DNA of 64,000 nucleotides from Cyanobacteria bacterium auto_48_18 (GTDB lineage Bacteria; Cyanobacteriota; Vampirovibrionia; Obscuribacterales; Obscuribacteraceae): positions 1 through 64,000 of the forward strand of contig JAVHQC010000011.1 of the NCBI GenBank assembly GCA_036170915.1, in the 5' to 3' direction. Of this stretch, positions 60,136-64,000 are shown piece after piece. Position numbers and translations under genes: made by a program. Under the pieces are notes generated by a model that saw nothing but the letters and a program-made list of their open reading frames with translations, ran no database searches and was not told where the DNA came from. Each line of letters opens with the position of its first letter. Position 1 is the first letter of the stretch.

Positions 60136-60833
60136 ATTACTACATTGACACGGAATCCGTCCCAATCGCTGACGTTGCGGCAACTGTCTATAGATTAGTT
60201 TGTCGGTGCGATTTTTCGAGTCCCGGTTTTGCACTGGTCAGGCAATCACACGTAAGCGATTCGCTAACGCACAGGCGTGAACTCGTAGCAATTAAAGAAG
60301 CACTATCGATGATACATTCGAACGAAACTGGCATTGGTTTAGGATGGTTCACAATGAGCCGATTCGATCAGAAGAACACGACCAAGCTGCATCGCGATGG
60401 CGGTCCCAGTGAATCGCTGCTGATCTTAGGCTACGAACCGACTGAAGTTGTCAGTGAAGTTTCGATAGCCGATTACTCGGCTTGTGCTCATGACTTGAAC
60501 ATGACTCCCGACGAATTTCTTGAAAATTTCAACCCAATGTACGGCGAGGGAGTCGATAAGTTGATGCCTTACACAACATCCCTCGAAAAATTTGACCGAA
60601 GTGCCTTTCAGATATTGATAGTAAACAACAGTTCTTCTCCATATCATCCTAGTTCTACAAGGTGGCAGGGTGTTCTGCACGGAGCAAAAATGGTCCGATA
60701 TGAAGATGCTGAACAGCGCGTTATAAACTCAACGAGTGTAGTGCCGGTGGCCGCAAGAGTCGACGAGGCGGTTTCACCCGAGCGAGTGCAACAATTTCTA
60801 AGCGGCGAACCCCTTTCGGTTTCTAGCTATTAG
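60132..60833 (+). CDS. Conserved hypothetical protein
   Basis: RFDQKNTTKLHRDG and GVLHGA suggest an HxD...H metal site. Coupled to the upstream gene. Confidence 0.6.
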   Translation: MNYYIDTESVPIADVAATVYRLVCRCDFSSPGFALVRQSHVSDSLTHRRELVAIKEALSMIHSNETGIGLGWFTMSRFDQKNTTKLHRDGGPSESLLILGYEPTEVVSEVSIADYSACAHDLNMTPDEFLENFNPMYGEGVDKLMPYTTSLEKFDRSAFQILIVNNSSSPYHPSSTRWQGVLHGAKMVRYEDAEQRVINSTSVVPVAARVDEAVSPERVQQFLSGEPLSVSSY

Positions 60834-61155
60834 TTACTGCTTCGGTAGCTGAATCTAAATCATACTTATCTACGATGATCCGGAGAGCTTCCAAAAAGGA
60901 AACTTTTTTGAACTTCTGCACAAAATTGAAAATATCGCCGCCCTCGCCGCATGTATAGCACGCAAAACGTTCTTCTTTGGACACCGTAAAGAACTGACCA
61001 TCCTCGTGTCTGCAAAACGGGCAGATGCCCACATAGCGCTTGCCTTTTAATTTAAGTGTGGTGTGCTCCGATATGATTTCGACGATTTTTACTTGCGATT
61101 TCGCAGCCGAAATTAATTCAATCATTTTCGCATCGTTTGACTCATCGTAATCCAT
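60823..61155 (-). CDS. Stand-alone DnaG-type (CHC2) zinc-binding domain protein
   Basis: LKLKGKRYVGICPFC, FACYTCGEGGDIFNF and SFLEAL. Confidence 0.85.
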   Translation of the reverse strand: MDYDESNDAKMIELISAAKSQVKIVEIISEHTTLKLKGKRYVGICPFCRHEDGQFFTVSKEERFACYTCGEGGDIFNFVQKFKKVSFLEALRIIVDKYDLDSATEAVTNS

Positions 61156-61808
61156 CAGAATTTTCCTTCGAGCCATTGTGTCCATTGTACTGACGGTATG
61201 ACTTGATGATAGTAAACGATTTCGCCAGCCTTGATTGGTTGGCTAGTTACTCTCCCGCTCGCTATCCAAATGTCACCAACTGCATCGCTAGGACACCTGC
61301 TCTCTCGAATTTGTTCAACCCTCAGATTTGCTGGCAGAGTCACAGAGCCAGTTGAAATATCCTTCAAGCTTCGAACAACAGGAATTTGTCTATCTTGCTC
61401 CATTTCCTCCGCATGGAGTGATGGATGCCCCTGCAATTGCAAAATATGCATTTTGTTCGCGGTAGTTAGTATGGATTCAGGAAACACTTGATCAAAAAGC
61501 ACCTGCTTGCCAGCGGTCAGCGGTTTAACTGCGCGCCTTCCAATTGCAATCCATGTGTCATACAAGGCATCCTTAGAGCGAACATTCCGGTCAACAAATT
61601 TGCGCTTAAGGCAGTCGCCAGTTACCACTTTATTGGCCGCGACACTCTTTGTGCAGTAAACGACTTTCACTAATGGCTGTTCGTTGGCCTTGGCGTCTGA
61701 TTGTCTAGTAATGGAAGGGAGAATACCCACTAGTGCCAGGATAGCCGTCAGTAAAAGTGTAGGACGTCTCAATTTAATACCCTGCTGCAACTTCTGCTTT
61801 GAAGCCAA
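61155..61808 (-). CDS. Tandem SAF-domain secreted protein
   Basis: Two copies of VV....I..G.V.....L...P.DA..D.WIA.GR....P..AG. Confidence 0.75.
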   Translation of the reverse strand: MASKQKLQQGIKLRRPTLLLTAILALVGILPSITRQSDAKANEQPLVKVVYCTKSVAANKVVTGDCLKRKFVDRNVRSKDALYDTWIAIGRRAVKPLTAGKQVLFDQVFPESILTTANKMHILQLQGHPSLHAEEMEQDRQIPVVRSLKDISTGSVTLPANLRVEQIRESRCPSDAVGDIWIASGRVTSQPIKAGEIVYYHQVIPSVQWTQWLEGKF

Positions 61809-61990
61809 CTTTGTTCATTCTAAACCCTTTGTAGATATGCAGGAACGAGCGTTTGCCATCAGCGCCCGGAAACAAATGCCCAGATTAGACGTCTCAGATC
61901 TGAACATCCATTTTAATGGATGCAAGGCCCAGGCTTACCTGCATTGCAAGATGGCCTTGATAGGAATCTGTGGTATCCGGGGAAGTAAGC

Positions 61991-62776
61991 ATGAGGCGAT
62001 TCTTTAACATTTCTTGTCTGGCAGCCGTGGCTACCTGCCTTCTGTCAGTGAGCTTAATTGGTCCGATCCAGGCGCAGTCTCTCCCATCAATCCACTTTGC
62101 CCCGCCACGGAATAACTTTCGGCCTTATTATGGCGGGGGTCGCTTTCAACAATATTTTTCTAACCCGCCTCCCATTGCTCCCTTTTATGGAGGGTCAGCG
62201 GCGTCACGAGAATTTGAAGCTGCTACCAGCGGCTGGAGCGCTCTGCCGGGGTCCGTTGCTCGCTGGCCTGCGCAGAAACTCCCGCTTGCCGTGTATATAG
62301 CGTCTGGCGATGGCGTACCAGGTTACCGCCCATCGTTCAGCGATATTGCGGTTGAAGCATTGCGCGATTGGTCACAGGTCTCAGGTGGAAAGCTGAAGTT
62401 TCAATTGGTATCAGATCCACGTTACGCAGATATTACTCTGTCATGGTCAAGCTCTGCACCCGGCAATGAAGCGATGCTGGAAGCCGGAAATACGCTCACC
62501 ACTGCTAGTATCAACAGACGAAACGGCAGCCTATTTATAGAACACGCCCGCATTTCTATACTTACTCAAATTCGCGGCGTTTCATTTACCCCGGCAGAAA
62601 TTAAGAAGATCGTGCTTCATGAGTTCGGTCACGCAATCGGCATCAAAGAACATTCTCCAGTTCCGACAGATATTATGTTCGCTGTGACTTCACCAATGCA
62701 GCAGCCAGCCTTGTCTGTGCGAGATATCAATGCGGTCAATCAGATTTATCGCGGTTATCCGGCAGCGAACCTTTAA
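61991..62776 (+). CDS. Matrixin-family (M10) metalloprotease
   Basis: HEFGHAIGIKEHS, DIM Met-turn and a signal peptide. Confidence 0.9.
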   Translation: MRRFFNISCLAAVATCLLSVSLIGPIQAQSLPSIHFAPPRNNFRPYYGGGRFQQYFSNPPPIAPFYGGSAASREFEAATSGWSALPGSVARWPAQKLPLAVYIASGDGVPGYRPSFSDIAVEALRDWSQVSGGKLKFQLVSDPRYADITLSWSSSAPGNEAMLEAGNTLTTASINRRNGSLFIEHARISILTQIRGVSFTPAEIKKIVLHEFGHAIGIKEHSPVPTDIMFAVTSPMQQPALSVRDINAVNQIYRGYPAANL

Positions 62777-62851
62777 AATCTCCAAGAGGTAAGATAGTGT
62801 TGGGCGTTGGCGCGCCTATCTTATGCGGACAGTTATAGATGGGGATATTCA

Positions 62852-64000
62852 ATGATTAGGGGCCGACCATTCGTCAGCATTGCAAACCGATCGGCTGTTG
62901 TCATGGCCTTCTCTCAGGCAGTCCTTGTACTAATCTCCACGCTTCCAGCAACGGCTGGTTCAGAAGGTTTATTTAGTGAGACCTACAAACGCATTACCGT
63001 TGCCAGCGATGCAGAACAGTTAGTGATTGAGCGTGAAGCGGACCAGGCGTCCAAAGCAAAGAATTATTGTGAGGCCAGCGCCAAATATCTAGCGGCTGCT
63101 GCGCACCTTTATATAGCAGGAAACTTTGAACGCGCCCGGCCAGCCTTTGACAAGGCATTTCTAATGGCAGCACAACTTTCGCCTGAAGAGCAAAAGCAGA
63201 TGCTTTTGACTTTGAGCAAAGTGATTTCGAATAGTCGCGGTGACCGCGATATTAACGCATACAAATATTTTGCGCAGCAGCGACTGAAGCTGTTGCAGAA
63301 AAATTCGACGGCGACTCCTGATCAGCGCTATTATGAAGTGCAGACTCTTGCATTGAGCTGTTCTCGACATGGGCGATTTAAAGAAGCTATATCGCTATTG
63401 CTCGATACTCTAAAAGATCTAGAGTCTATTAAGCCACTGCCACGATCTTATGGCACTTGTCAGGCCACTTTGGCGCGAGTCTATGATGAGAGCGGCGATA
63501 AGGCTAAAGCTCAAACATACTATGAGCGAGCGCTCGAGTTTACCCGGCAATCACCCGATACAAATGGCTATGAGCATGTTCTTCAGAGCTATCTCGGGTT
63601 TCTTCTGAAAAATAGAATGGGTAAAGAAGTTGGACCAATCGCCGAAGAGTATTACAAGTTCACTACCGCACCGGGCTATAGCAGATGGCGAGATCGCGTA
63701 TCGTACGGAACAATGGCTCAAAAGCTCGCCGAATTAAATGTGGATCTGGCGAATAAATACTATCGTGCTGCTTTTGAAAATCAGGTGGCAGGCACCAGAA
63801 CAGCCATGAATATGGGCTACGGACAGACATGTGTTGAGTGGGCACAAATGCTGCATGCGGCTGGCAGAACCCCTGAGGCAATAGACGTGTTGCAAAATGG
63901 AATGGCTTTTTGCCGCAGCGCAAAGTGGCCTAATGCATTTGAGCGATACATGCCAATGATGCTCGATCCGTGCGAAGGATACCTACGCCTGAGCAATCGT
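62852..64000 (+). CDS. Secreted TPR-repeat protein, runs off the window end
   Basis: Manual translation from ATG 62852 stays open to 64000 (e.g. LARVYDESGDKAKAQTYYERAL). Missing from the ORF track because it has no stop. Confidence 0.75.
   Translation, partial: MIRGRPFVSIANRSAVVMAFSQAVLVLISTLPATAGSEGLFSETYKRITVASDAEQLVIEREADQASKAKNYCEASAKYLAAAAHLYIAGNFERARPAFDKAFLMAAQLSPEEQKQMLLTLSKVISNSRGDRDINAYKYFAQQRLKLLQKNSTATPDQRYYEVQTLALSCSRHGRFKEAISLLLDTLKDLESIKPLPRSYGTCQATLARVYDESGDKAKAQTYYERALEFTRQSPDTNGYEHVLQSYLGFLLKNRMGKEVGPIAEEYYKFTTAPGYSRWRDRVSYGTMAQKLAELNVDLANKYYRAAFENQVAGTRTAMNMGYGQTCVEWAQMLHAAGRTPEAIDVLQNGMAFCRSAKWPNAFERYMPMMLDPCEGYLRLSNR

Overview
64-kb bacterial window of roughly 47% GC (estimated by eye). 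The many secreted TPR, WG, LRR, SAF and matrixin proteins, the Ser/Thr kinase and the cyanobacteria-like hox operon suggest a non-photosynthetic relative of Cyanobacteria (Melainabacteria/Obscuribacterales). That assignment is inference only. The centre (~19.66-51.63 kb) is a ~32-kb cluster built around a bidirectional group 3d [NiFe]-hydrogenase (hoxEFUYH-hoxW) and a full maturation set (hypFCDEAB). Interleaved are seven universal stress protein genes, four paralogous exported c-type cytochromes, a single-domain globin, a globin-PAS histidine kinase divergent from a NarL-family regulator, an acetyl-CoA hydrolase/transferase, a beta-CASP nuclease, a P-type ATPase with altered ion-binding residues and an aeRF1-like (Balon/Rv2629-type) protein. 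A 16-bp 7-2-7 inverted repeat (consensus ~TCAWCCT-NN-AGGWTGA) recurs in nearly every promoter region of the cluster. Together this looks like a self-contained, globin-sensed hypoxia/dormancy regulon analogous to the mycobacterial DosR regulon, and it is the best candidate for an undescribed system here. The flanks hold TA loci (higBA, a toxin-less higA pair with the same operator, hicAB), several apparently inactivated enzyme homologues and many secreted repeat proteins. No rRNA, tRNA, CRISPR array or transposase was recognised.
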